Shown piece after piece: positions 1-7,971 of a DNA stretch of 23,346 nucleotides. Under the pieces are notes generated by a model. It was given only the letters and a program-made list of their open reading frames with translations. It did not search any database and had not been told where the DNA came from. The stretch comes from Candidatus Hermodarchaeota archaeon (GTDB taxonomy: Archaea; Asgardarchaeota; Thorarchaeia; Thorarchaeales; Thorarchaeaceae): assembly GCA_048885865.1 (NCBI GenBank), contig JBHLLF010000040.1, positions 1 to 23,346 of the forward strand. Direction: 5' to 3'. The translations under genes were made by a program, and so were the position numbers. Position 1 is the stretch's first letter; each line of letters begins with the position of its first letter.

Positions 1-573
1 AAACGACACATAGACTGCTCTCTAAGGCGCGTTTCAACAGAAGCTAGGAGAGCAAAGAACAATGAATGGAAACGAGCACAGAAAGCGGAGAAGCTCCTTG
101 AACTCATAGCAAAGGAGAATGATATGACTCTTGAGAAGGTCTATGAGAAGATAGGCTGGCCGATGGAAGATGCTTTTGGAGAGATCTACAAGGGTCTTGA
201 GCTGGCATCTGATATGGGTATAGACGCACTGGAGCATGTTGAGTCAACAAAGAAGCTTAAGAAACAGATTGCAGACCTCGCTAAGGTCAGAATTGAGATT
301 CCGTCAATTGAGATTGAAGGCGAGATGAAAATCCTTGTTCCAGGTCCAGAGGGAGTCGAGGTCATCAAAAAGGCGTTATCAGAGGGTCTTGCTCAGGGAC
401 AGTCAAAAGACAAGTCAACTGTTGAGATTTACACACTTGGTTCTCCAAGATACAAGCTAAGGATACAGAGTCCTGATTATCAAGAAGGGGAGCAGGTCCT
501 TTCAGAAATCCTGAAGAAAGTCACCAAGATTATTGAAAGCAAAGGCGGCTCTTTTGAGTTTGACAGGAAGTAG
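1..573 (+). CDS. eif2a: Translation initiation factor 2 alpha subunit (aIF2-alpha), 5'-truncated by the window edge
   Basis: Frame 1 is open from base 1 (KRHIDCSLRRVSTEARRAKNNEWKRAQKAEKLLE...), matching the end of the S1 domain (HIDLSLRRV-like) and the EWK..QKAEKLLE helix. The C-terminal domain has GVEVIKKAL and YTLGSPRYKL...DY. It lies directly upstream of nop10, as is usual in archaea. The ORF-track start at 124 is internal. Confidence 0.95.
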   Translation, partial: KRHIDCSLRRVSTEARRAKNNEWKRAQKAEKLLELIAKENDMTLEKVYEKIGWPMEDAFGEIYKGLELASDMGIDALEHVESTKKLKKQIADLAKVRIEIPSIEIEGEMKILVPGPEGVEVIKKALSEGLAQGQSKDKSTVEIYTLGSPRYKLRIQSPDYQEGEQVLSEILKKVTKIIESKGGSFEFDRK

Positions 574-577
574 TCCT

Positions 578-751
578 ATGACCAGTCTCTTCAAGTGTAA
601 AGACTGTGGCCAATATACTCTCGAAGAGGGGAAGTGTCCAGTATGTGGAGGACCAGTGGTTCCCCCCCAACCCCCAAAATACAGTCCTCAGGACCGCTAT
701 GGGAAATACCGAAGAGATGCCAAACGGCGAGCAAGGACCCAGTCTGAATAA
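578..751 (+). CDS. nop10: H/ACA RNP protein Nop10
   Basis: ATG at 578, 4 nt after the aIF2-alpha stop. KCKDCGQYTL...CPVCGG zinc ribbon followed by PPKYSPQDRYGKYRR, the Nop10 signature. Confidence 0.95.
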   Translation: MTSLFKCKDCGQYTLEEGKCPVCGGPVVPPQPPKYSPQDRYGKYRRDAKRRARTQSE

Positions 752-767
752 TTGAAAGAAACTAATG

Positions 768-789
768 GCGATTGGCCAAGGCCAATCGC
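768..789. terminator. Perfect inverted repeat between convergent nop10 and aglB; candidate (bidirectional) terminator
   Basis: GCGATTGGCC-AA-GGCCAATCGC (10-bp arms). On the minus strand it is followed by a T-rich tract (reverse complement of TTGAAAGAAACTAA, 752-765). Confidence 0.6.
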
Positions 790-800
790 ACTTTGACATG

Positions 801-3560
801 CTAGAATAGTTCTACTTCGACCCAGAATGTAGCCCAGTCGGAGTCGAATGTCGGTTCGCCGCTCTTGACATTGTTCCAGAACAACAGCCGTATCTGGTAG
901 TTCATTCCGGAAGTCATGGACACATCCTGTTCATCATTGCTATTCAGTGGAATCAGGAACTCTATCACATTCTCTCCACTTGCGAACTCTGTGGAGTTGG
1001 CGCCATAGGAGTCTTCAGCCCATGAGCCGTCGTAGGCGATATGTCCGTCATAGAACTCGTGCCCATCATAGTCTACAAGACGAATATCTCCATCACCAGG
1101 AGAGCCAAGTGGGGCAATCTGCAATCCGAATGCATCCTCGCCTTTCGTGTAGTTGTCCATATGTATTCCATAGTAGATGTGGGTCGAGTTGATTCCGGTG
1201 TAGACTGTAGCGCCGTAGTTGCCACCAAACACTACATCATAGCTGTTCAGGTTGGTTGACTCCCAGGCAGATAGATTGCCATCCATCTCTACCCATTCAA
1301 GAGCGCTATCTGGTGATATCCAGTCAGCAGTAGTTCGGTTCAAATACTGCTCATACATTGTATAGTCAATCTCGTAGATCTTGACGGTTCCGAGATTAGA
1401 GCTTGTATATGGATTAATGAAGGCCCCATGCAGCTCAACTGGCATGTATGAAGTCCATCGCTCGTCTTGCTGGAAGAACTGGTCCATATAGACCCTATCC
1501 TGTGTGAGGCCCAACGCCTGACCTTCCTCTTGAGTGACTGGCTCGCCAAATACCATCAGCTTGTAGAGCGTAGATTGGAAGAAGGTATCAAGCATATACT
1601 CTTCTTCAATGGTATCTGGAGTATCAGGATTGTCACCCATGTACCATGCATCGTCTATCAGATCTGAACCAAACCTGTCCTCAGCGATTCGAACCATCCA
1701 AGGCCACTTGCCATCATCGCCGCCGGCCCATGAAGTTCGATGGCCATAATAGACTAACACATGCGTTGCATTCCACTGCTGGAATGTCCTCAATGACTCT
1801 GTCAGGTTTAACGCCATCAAAGCATAGCCCATTAATGCAATTTGCGTCCGGTTCCATGTTGCATTATCGACTATCGTTTCTGCCTCTCCGGCACCATTTA
1901 TCCAATATCCATAGTCCCACCAGCTAGCCACAATGGCATCATCTGGTAGAACATCACGAACGTAAGTCATACCGGTCTGCCAATCTGTAAAGCGAGCTCC
2001 TTCAGAGAGCGAGTCCTGTGCGAACTCTGGTGGGCCTACATATCTATTGACATAGTCTACTCCAAGATACAGATTGAGGGAAAGAAGCAGAGCCACGAAT
2101 GCGAAGGCCACAATAGCATGCTCTGATGTCAAGGATGAGCTCATTCTGAATCTCCGTCTCTCAAAGACTGACTTCTGTGTGACTACCTTCCCGAAGGGTG
2201 ACAGCATTCCATTTACTGCAACTGCTGAGAGAACAGCAACGCCGGGTGCCAGAATTAGCCCAAGCCGAATCATGCTACCTGCAAAGTATACCGAAGTCAG
2301 GCCAAAGAGGAACATCAGCCAGTCCTCGTCGCGACCGCGCCTGAAGAGGAAGTACATTCCGAGGGGGAAGAAGAAGATCAGAAGATTCAATGTATGATAG
2401 AAGCTGCCCCATGGACTAGGCAAATGCTCTGCCACCGAAGCAAAGATTCTCTGGTCCAGACGTGTAAAAGGATTAATGACCGTAAGAAACTTGGTCCCCA
2501 ACGTCACTATGGGATTAGATGTAAAGGGTCGGATACCAAGCTCGACTGTTCCTGCGTATCCAAGATATGCGGCGATTCCTGCTATCGGAGTGATTAGCCC
2601 TATCAAGATTGGCTTCATGTGAGGTGCTAGGAATGTTGCAGTGGCTTCTCTATAGCTCTCAATACGCAGCCATATCTCGTAGCCTGCAAGCAGTACTCCA
2701 ACACCGATTGGAGCCAAAGTAGAAAATGAGGTGAGGTTTCCGAACCCATTGCGCGGTATTAGTCCTCCAATGAAGATACCAAGTGCTATAGTGATTAGAT
2801 ACGAGTTGAGAAGACGCTTGTTATAGCGTCCGGTGATAAGCATCAAGCCTGCGTAGAGTGCGAACAAGCCAAGGAGAAAATCGCCGCCTCCCCATGATAT
2901 TAGGAGATAGCCCAATGCCAGACCTGCACCTACGGCTGATGGTAGAGAGCCTCGCTTTGTAGCCCTGATATAGAAGAATGTGGAAACTACAATGGCGAAT
3001 ACACCTATGCACTCATTGTCATAGAAACCGGCTATTGTTCTCTGAATGAAGGCTGGAATGAATGCCAGGATCAGTGCACTGAGAAGACCTACTGTGTTGT
3101 TCACAAGTTCGCGTCCGAGGAAGAAGGCTGCAATAGCTGTGATTGCTCCCATAAAGGCGGGCATGACTAGGGACACTGTGATGACATCAACACTGATTCC
3201 GATTCCATTGAGTAGAAAGTAGAAGAACGCACTTGTGAAAGGTACTCCAACATATGTTGTAGTGGTGATGTCACGTCCAAATGGGACCCATGTTGTTTGG
3301 TCAAACCATGTGAAGAAGGCCCCATAGCCATTATCGACCACATACTCGGTGACCTTCAACTGGAACCATGGATCGAATGCCCGGAGAACTGGTTGCGAGT
3401 TAAGAAGTGGGAACAAACGAAGTATAAGCGCGGCGAAAAAGATAATGACTAAAGCTATGACCAAAATCACAGAACCGCGTGAGATCTTTGCTTTTGGCCT
3501 ATGGAAGATTTGTCTGAGGAATCTTCCTGCGGACCGTTTGAACCTGTCGTATCCAGACAT
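801..3560 (-). CDS. aglB: Oligosaccharyltransferase catalytic subunit STT3/AglB, eukaryote-like, with a C-terminal extension
   Basis: Polytopic membrane N-terminal region. Motifs FDPWF, GFYDNE (DxE), SVAEH (SVSE-like), WWDYG (1908-1922), DNATWNRT, and DDGKWPWMVRIA (DK motif). Confidence 0.96.
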   Translation of the reverse strand: MSGYDRFKRSAGRFLRQIFHRPKAKISRGSVILVIALVIIFFAALILRLFPLLNSQPVLRAFDPWFQLKVTEYVVDNGYGAFFTWFDQTTWVPFGRDITTTTYVGVPFTSAFFYFLLNGIGISVDVITVSLVMPAFMGAITAIAAFFLGRELVNNTVGLLSALILAFIPAFIQRTIAGFYDNECIGVFAIVVSTFFYIRATKRGSLPSAVGAGLALGYLLISWGGGDFLLGLFALYAGLMLITGRYNKRLLNSYLITIALGIFIGGLIPRNGFGNLTSFSTLAPIGVGVLLAGYEIWLRIESYREATATFLAPHMKPILIGLITPIAGIAAYLGYAGTVELGIRPFTSNPIVTLGTKFLTVINPFTRLDQRIFASVAEHLPSPWGSFYHTLNLLIFFFPLGMYFLFRRGRDEDWLMFLFGLTSVYFAGSMIRLGLILAPGVAVLSAVAVNGMLSPFGKVVTQKSVFERRRFRMSSSLTSEHAIVAFAFVALLLSLNLYLGVDYVNRYVGPPEFAQDSLSEGARFTDWQTGMTYVRDVLPDDAIVASWWDYGYWINGAGEAETIVDNATWNRTQIALMGYALMALNLTESLRTFQQWNATHVLVYYGHRTSWAGGDDGKWPWMVRIAEDRFGSDLIDDAWYMGDNPDTPDTIEEEYMLDTFFQSTLYKLMVFGEPVTQEEGQALGLTQDRVYMDQFFQQDERWTSYMPVELHGAFINPYTSSNLGTVKIYEIDYTMYEQYLNRTTADWISPDSALEWVEMDGNLSAWESTNLNSYDVVFGGNYGATVYTGINSTHIYYGIHMDNYTKGEDAFGLQIAPLGSPGDGDIRLVDYDGHEFYDGHIAYDGSWAEDSYGANSTEFASGENVIEFLIPLNSNDEQDVSMTSGMNYQIRLLFWNNVKSGEPTFDSDWATFWVEVELF

Positions 3561-3728
3561 ATGGAGTGCTCTCTCCGTACTGACTCGAAGTCATCCGAGC
3601 AGATTCTGGTTGTGCTAAAAAGGTTGCTGTTAGTATTACTACTGTACAGCTGGTTTTGAAACGATAATTAACGTCCTCAGACGGCGGCACCTCTATAGAA
3701 ATGAGGATCCCGGAGCAGACATGAAATG

Positions 3729-4130
3729 TCATTCAGCGGATGCTATGAACTCGCTATAGGCATTGGCATCCATAAGAGCGCCCATATCAGCATCAAGATT
3801 GGATGGCTTGATCTTGAACATCCAACCTTTACCATAAGGCTCCTCGTTTACCAGCTCAGGAGCATCTTCGAGCTTGGAGTTGACCTCAACAATCTCTCCA
3901 GAGAGGGGGGAGAATATGTCAGAAGAAGCCTTCATGGACTCAACGAGACCACATTCGGAATCTGCTTCAACACTGGAACCCACTTCTGGAAGCTCCACAA
4001 ATGTGATTTCATGAAGCGAGTGCTGAGCGTAGTCTGTTATGCCCACAATTGCAAGATCGCCCTCGACCTTGACCCATTCATGATCCTTACTGTATTTCAA
4101 GTCATCAGGGACACTGGTTCCTTCAGTCAT
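3729..4130 (-). CDS. gcvH: Glycine cleavage system H protein
   Basis: LKYSKDHEWV, VGITDYAQ, lipoyl-lysine motif VESMKAS, and VNEEPYGKGW. Confidence 0.97.
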   Translation of the reverse strand: MTEGTSVPDDLKYSKDHEWVKVEGDLAIVGITDYAQHSLHEITFVELPEVGSSVEADSECGLVESMKASSDIFSPLSGEIVEVNSKLEDAPELVNEEPYGKGWMFKIKPSNLDADMGALMDANAYSEFIASAE

Positions 4131-4168
4131 GACGGTCCACCGTTGTTTCCCGGAGTATGCATGCTACC

Positions 4169-4174
4169 TTTAAA
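4169..4174 (-). promoter_or_regulatory. Candidate TATA box for an internal gcvH promoter
   Basis: TTTAAA in the 56-nt gcvT-gcvH spacer, about 40 nt upstream of the gcvH ATG. Position only, no further support. Confidence 0.3.
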
Positions 4175-4186
4175 TCAAACGGCTAT

Positions 4187-5332
4187 TCAAGAGGATCGGG
4201 TTGAACCGTATTTCTCTGTATCATAGAAGGGCCACTTTGTCACTCTGGCCTTTCTTAGTCGTCCCTTGATGTCGATTTCAATGACATCATCCTCCTCCAC
4301 GACGCCTGGCTTTACATATGCCAAGCCGATTCCATTCCGGAGAAGAGGGGACATCACTCCACTAGAAACCTTCCCGATTGAACCACCCTCAAATAGCACA
4401 TCGTAGTCCGTTCGTGGCACGCCACGGTCAATCATGACCAACCCTATTCGGGTTTTTACAACTCCCTCTTCCTTCTGTCGTTTGAGCTCATCATAGCCAA
4501 TATAGTGAGGGTCTACTTTGAACTTGACTGCATAAGGAATCTTCGCCTCTAACGGGGATGTTTCCTCGTCAATGTCATTTCCATATAATACCAAGCCGGC
4601 CTCCAATCGCGTTGAGTCACGAGCTCCAAGACCGCAGGGTTTGACTCCAAACTCCTGACCCTGTTCAAGTAGGATTTCCCAGAATTTAACAGCCTTCTTC
4701 TTTCCCTCATCACTGCATGGAGTATCAAGCACCAGAAGCTCTGCACCATCCTCTCCAGTATACCCCGTGCGACACAGGTAGACTCTGTATCCAGAGAGGT
4801 CGACAAGGTTGCTTGTGAACCTTCCATATTCGCTCAGGTCTCGTCCGGCAATCTTGCTTAGCAATGCCATGGCCCTCGGACCCTGGACTGCAATCATAGT
4901 AATCTCGTCTGTACGGTCTTCTACCTTGACGTTGAAGTCCTCGGAGTGATTATTGAGATGAGTGCTGATCTTGGGCCCATTGGCTGCATTAGTGACCCAA
5001 ATGTAATCCTGTTCGTCAACACGATAGAGCATGAGGTCGTCATGAATACCGCCTTGCTCATTTAGACAGGTGGTATATTGACCACCATTCACCTCTAGCT
5101 TGCGAACATTATTCGAAGTCATGGTCTGAAGAAACTCGAGAGCCTGTGGACCTCTTATAAAGAAACGAAACATATGTGATGTGTCGAAGATACCCACACT
5201 ATCTCTCACTGCCATATGCTCTTCGCGAATGTCTGTATAACGGACTGGCATCTCCCATCCTGAGAAAGGGACTATATCGCCGTGGCTTTTGTGCCAATCG
5301 TAGAGTTGAGTTTGCTTGAGCGGTGTATTCAT
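4187..5332 (-). CDS. gcvT: Glycine cleavage system aminomethyltransferase T
   Basis: FSGWEMPVRY, EEHMAVR, FDTSHM, RTGYTGEDG and CGLGARDSTRLEAG motifs. A GGTGA ribosome-binding site lies upstream (5339-5343, minus strand). Confidence 0.97.
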   Translation of the reverse strand: MNTPLKQTQLYDWHKSHGDIVPFSGWEMPVRYTDIREEHMAVRDSVGIFDTSHMFRFFIRGPQALEFLQTMTSNNVRKLEVNGGQYTTCLNEQGGIHDDLMLYRVDEQDYIWVTNAANGPKISTHLNNHSEDFNVKVEDRTDEITMIAVQGPRAMALLSKIAGRDLSEYGRFTSNLVDLSGYRVYLCRTGYTGEDGAELLVLDTPCSDEGKKKAVKFWEILLEQGQEFGVKPCGLGARDSTRLEAGLVLYGNDIDEETSPLEAKIPYAVKFKVDPHYIGYDELKRQKEEGVVKTRIGLVMIDRGVPRTDYDVLFEGGSIGKVSSGVMSPLLRNGIGLAYVKPGVVEEDDVIEIDIKGRLRKARVTKWPFYDTEKYGSTRSS

Positions 5333-5508
5333 CTCATATCACCAAGGATGGACTGAGTGGATTATGAACATGTTAAGACTTTGATGGTACACAGTTCTCT
5401 CCTTTATTCCGTGGCATAATAGTATCATATGACTGACAAAAGGCGTCCATTTGAGATTCCGTTACCCTTTATTGCGTTCACCTATACCCCCGATTGAGGT
5501 CCTTCATA

Positions 5509-6723
5509 GTGACTCCCCATATAGTAAAAATTGATCAGATTGAGGTAGGAGTCAACTCTCCATCTCGTATAATGGGGGTCATAAACCTCTCTCCAGAGTC
5601 CTTCTACTCTCGCTCTATTGTGACTTCGAAGGAGCAAATCCACAAAACAGTCAAACGGATGGAAAAGGATGGCGCGGACATAATTGATGTTGGTGGAGCG
5701 TCCACTGCTCCTGAGAGTGTATATGGAACTCAGAAAGTATCTGTAAAGGATGAACTTCAAAGAGTGAAAGATAGCCTTGAGAGCATTCTAGACATTGCTA
5801 GCGTTCCTGTATCAATTGACACTACTTCATCCAAAATAGCCGAGTTTGCTCTGGATTCTGGTGCAGCACTTGTCAATGATATATCAGGTCTTCGAGCAGA
5901 TTCGAAGATGGCCACAGTCGTTGCAGAGAGAGATGTTCCAGTGGTATTGATGTCGCTGTGTGAGAAGCCCTGTGGAACCATTCAGCAGTCACTACGTGCG
6001 CTTAGTGAGAGTTTGGAATTGGCTCACGCCGCAGGCATCGCAAATGAACGAATCATCGTAGATCCGGGCATTGGATTTGGGAAACCCCCCGAAGCCGACT
6101 TCGAACTTATTCGACATCTGAAACGATTTACTATGTGGGGACACCCTGTTCTGGTTGGAGTTTCAAGAAAGGCTTTCATTGGTGATCTGCTTGCGCAGAC
6201 AGATCCAAACGACCGGCTAACAGGAACAATTGGAGTGACATCGGTTGTAGTAGCTAGAGGTGCAAGTATCATCAGAACGCATGACATCATGGAGGCTAGA
6301 CAGGCTGCTTCTGTCGGAGAGAAGCTTAGGAATTGGACAAGAGAAACTGAACGTGATGTTGACCTTCTGGGGATTATTGATGAAAGATCAGCTGAGATAG
6401 TCATTGAACAGATTGGCACTGGAGCTGATATCAGACGGGCCCTCTCTAGGAAAGCTGTGACTCTTAGCCTCCTTCTCCAGAACGTTAAGACTCCGGCTGC
6501 TCTGATTATAAAGCAAGAAATACTCGCGCTAGGCGGAGATGCAGCTTATCATAATGATGTGATTGACTCTGGGGTAGAAAGAACAAGTGTCCTAGTAATG
6601 GGTACACCGCTACAACTTGAAAGACTCACTGGCAAACTACTTCGGATGGATTACTTTGGATTGCCCAAGGTTGGTAGGGCTATAAGAAATCTGATAGTAA
6701 AAAGGGAGAAGGAGCTAGGGTGA
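5509..6723 (+). CDS. folP: Dihydropteroate synthase, archaeal type, with an extra C-terminal domain
   Basis: MGVINLSPESFY, GADIIDVGGAST, SIDT, LVNDISG, DPGIGFGK, GVSRKAF and IIRTHD motifs. Start placed at GTG 5509 because GAGGT lies at 5496-5500; the ORF track uses TTG 5494. Confidence 0.92.
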   Translation: MTPHIVKIDQIEVGVNSPSRIMGVINLSPESFYSRSIVTSKEQIHKTVKRMEKDGADIIDVGGASTAPESVYGTQKVSVKDELQRVKDSLESILDIASVPVSIDTTSSKIAEFALDSGAALVNDISGLRADSKMATVVAERDVPVVLMSLCEKPCGTIQQSLRALSESLELAHAAGIANERIIVDPGIGFGKPPEADFELIRHLKRFTMWGHPVLVGVSRKAFIGDLLAQTDPNDRLTGTIGVTSVVVARGASIIRTHDIMEARQAASVGEKLRNWTRETERDVDLLGIIDERSAEIVIEQIGTGADIRRALSRKAVTLSLLLQNVKTPAALIIKQEILALGGDAAYHNDVIDSGVERTSVLVMGTPLQLERLTGKLLRMDYFGLPKVGRAIRNLIVKREKELG

Positions 6724-7442
6724 TTCGAATGGAGTGGAAGGACTGGGAACCCCATTACAATCGAATTGTCGAAAGACTAGCACTCGATCCTCAAGCAGAT
6801 CGTAATGCCACATCACTCTTGGACTCACTTCTCAAAGACCACGCACAGAGCCAAATCCTTAGTAAACTTGAGAAAATTATCGAAAACAAGAATGTCGTAA
6901 TATGTGGTGCAGGACCTTCATTGGAGGAGCATCTCAAAACAACAATCCCGTCAAAAGGACTCACCAATGTAATCTATGTGGCTTCCGATGGTGCAGCTTC
7001 CGCTTTGCTCGAGTTCGATTACAAATGTGATATACTCGTGACGGATCTAGACGGGGACCCTGATGCTCTGAGAGAAGTTATCCAGAGGGGAGCAATACCA
7101 ATAGTGCATGCACATGGAGACAACATGGACAAAGTTTCAGAGTTTGTTCCGGCACTAGACGCTGTACTCGGAAGCACACAAGTTGAGCCTACGGAACATG
7201 TCTTTCTCTGGGGAGGGTTCACAGACGGGGACAGAGCATGCTATCTTGTTTCCCATTATAACCCAGCTCGTGTGTTTCTGGCAGGAATGGACTTTGGTGC
7301 CATGGTCGGGAGGTGGTCCAAACCAGGACATAAATCCAATTTCGTAGCAGATGAGAGAAAGAGAGAGAAACTGGCGATAGCACGCGAGCTTGTCTCAGAT
7401 CTGAAGTCTCATGTCAATCTCGACATCATCTTATTGGACTAG
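6720..7442 (+). CDS. mptE: 6-hydroxymethyl-7,8-dihydropterin pyrophosphokinase (archaeal MptE, DUF115 family)
   Basis: GAGPSL, ASDGA, VTDLDG, VHAHGDN, GGFTDGDRA and GMDFG motifs. GTGA start/stop overlap with folP; alternative ATG at 6729. Confidence 0.92.
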   Translation: MIRMEWKDWEPHYNRIVERLALDPQADRNATSLLDSLLKDHAQSQILSKLEKIIENKNVVICGAGPSLEEHLKTTIPSKGLTNVIYVASDGAASALLEFDYKCDILVTDLDGDPDALREVIQRGAIPIVHAHGDNMDKVSEFVPALDAVLGSTQVEPTEHVFLWGGFTDGDRACYLVSHYNPARVFLAGMDFGAMVGRWSKPGHKSNFVADERKREKLAIARELVSDLKSHVNLDIILLD

Positions 7443-7462
7443 GTAGAATGCAGGCTCCTTCG

Positions 7463-7879
7463 TCATCCTGTCTTGATTGCAAACATGTAGCTAAATACTA
7501 GGAAAGCCACACCAGCAAGAATCATGCCCAGTATGAGGAGCCTAGTGGCATAGCCGGGCTGGAAGACATACTTTGAGGCATAATACATGAGACCGAGGCC
7601 AATGACTCCAATCATAACCACGACCGATGCCACTATTCCTTCCATCCCAAGCTGAACGTCAATCCCTGGTGCGATAAGAATTGGAGCACCCCCGGCGGGG
7701 TTACCAGCAATGGCCGGTGGGGTTCTAATCAAGGTGTATATGTTACCACCTAGTATGAACAGAATAGCTATGAAAGCAAGTCCAAACACAACAATGTCCG
7801 GGGGCCTTTGGGGCATCCCAAACCTTGGTCTTGTGAGTCGCACTCTTGGCTTAATGATAAATCTTGGCCACCAGGGCAA
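7463..7879 (-). CDS. OSTC/DC2-like (OST3/OST6 family membrane domain) oligosaccharyltransferase accessory subunit
   Basis: 138 aa with three hydrophobic segments. The GGNIYTLIRTPPAIAG and QLGMEGIVAS motifs parallel GG.IY..I..PP..G and Q..MEG..SS of eukaryotic OSTC/DC2 as I recall them. TTG start with GGTG upstream. Confidence 0.8.
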   Translation of the reverse strand: MPWWPRFIIKPRVRLTRPRFGMPQRPPDIVVFGLAFIAILFILGGNIYTLIRTPPAIAGNPAGGAPILIAPGIDVQLGMEGIVASVVVMIGVIGLGLMYYASKYVFQPGYATRLLILGMILAGVAFLVFSYMFAIKTG

Positions 7880-7971
7880 GTCAGCACACCTTGAGCGGTT
7901 TCGTTTGGCAGTCTGCTTTTAAGACTATCGTGGGATGAAAAGCTGTACCATACCAATGTGAGGCGAGATAG

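Noticed and set aside
533-577. N-terminal extension of the nop10 ORF
   Set aside because: It overlaps aIF2-alpha. ATG 578 gives a normal-length Nop10.
662-676. Poly-C runs as a possible slippage or phase-variation site
   Set aside because: They encode the conserved PPQPP of Nop10 and the frame is intact.
3561-3728. ncRNA, SECIS element or UGA read-through after gcvH
   Set aside because: GcvH is complete at its UGA, and only 4-5 bp stems are visible in the spacer.
3726-4226. 166-aa plus-strand ORF
   Set aside because: Antisense shadow of gcvH with no recognisable motifs. The same applies to the other short ORFs opposite aglB, folP, topA, xpd, polC, rpa and sufS.
5333-5508. Glycine or THF riboswitch upstream of gcvT/folP
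   Set aside because: No recognisable aptamer consensus or long stems by eye. An Rfam scan would be decisive.
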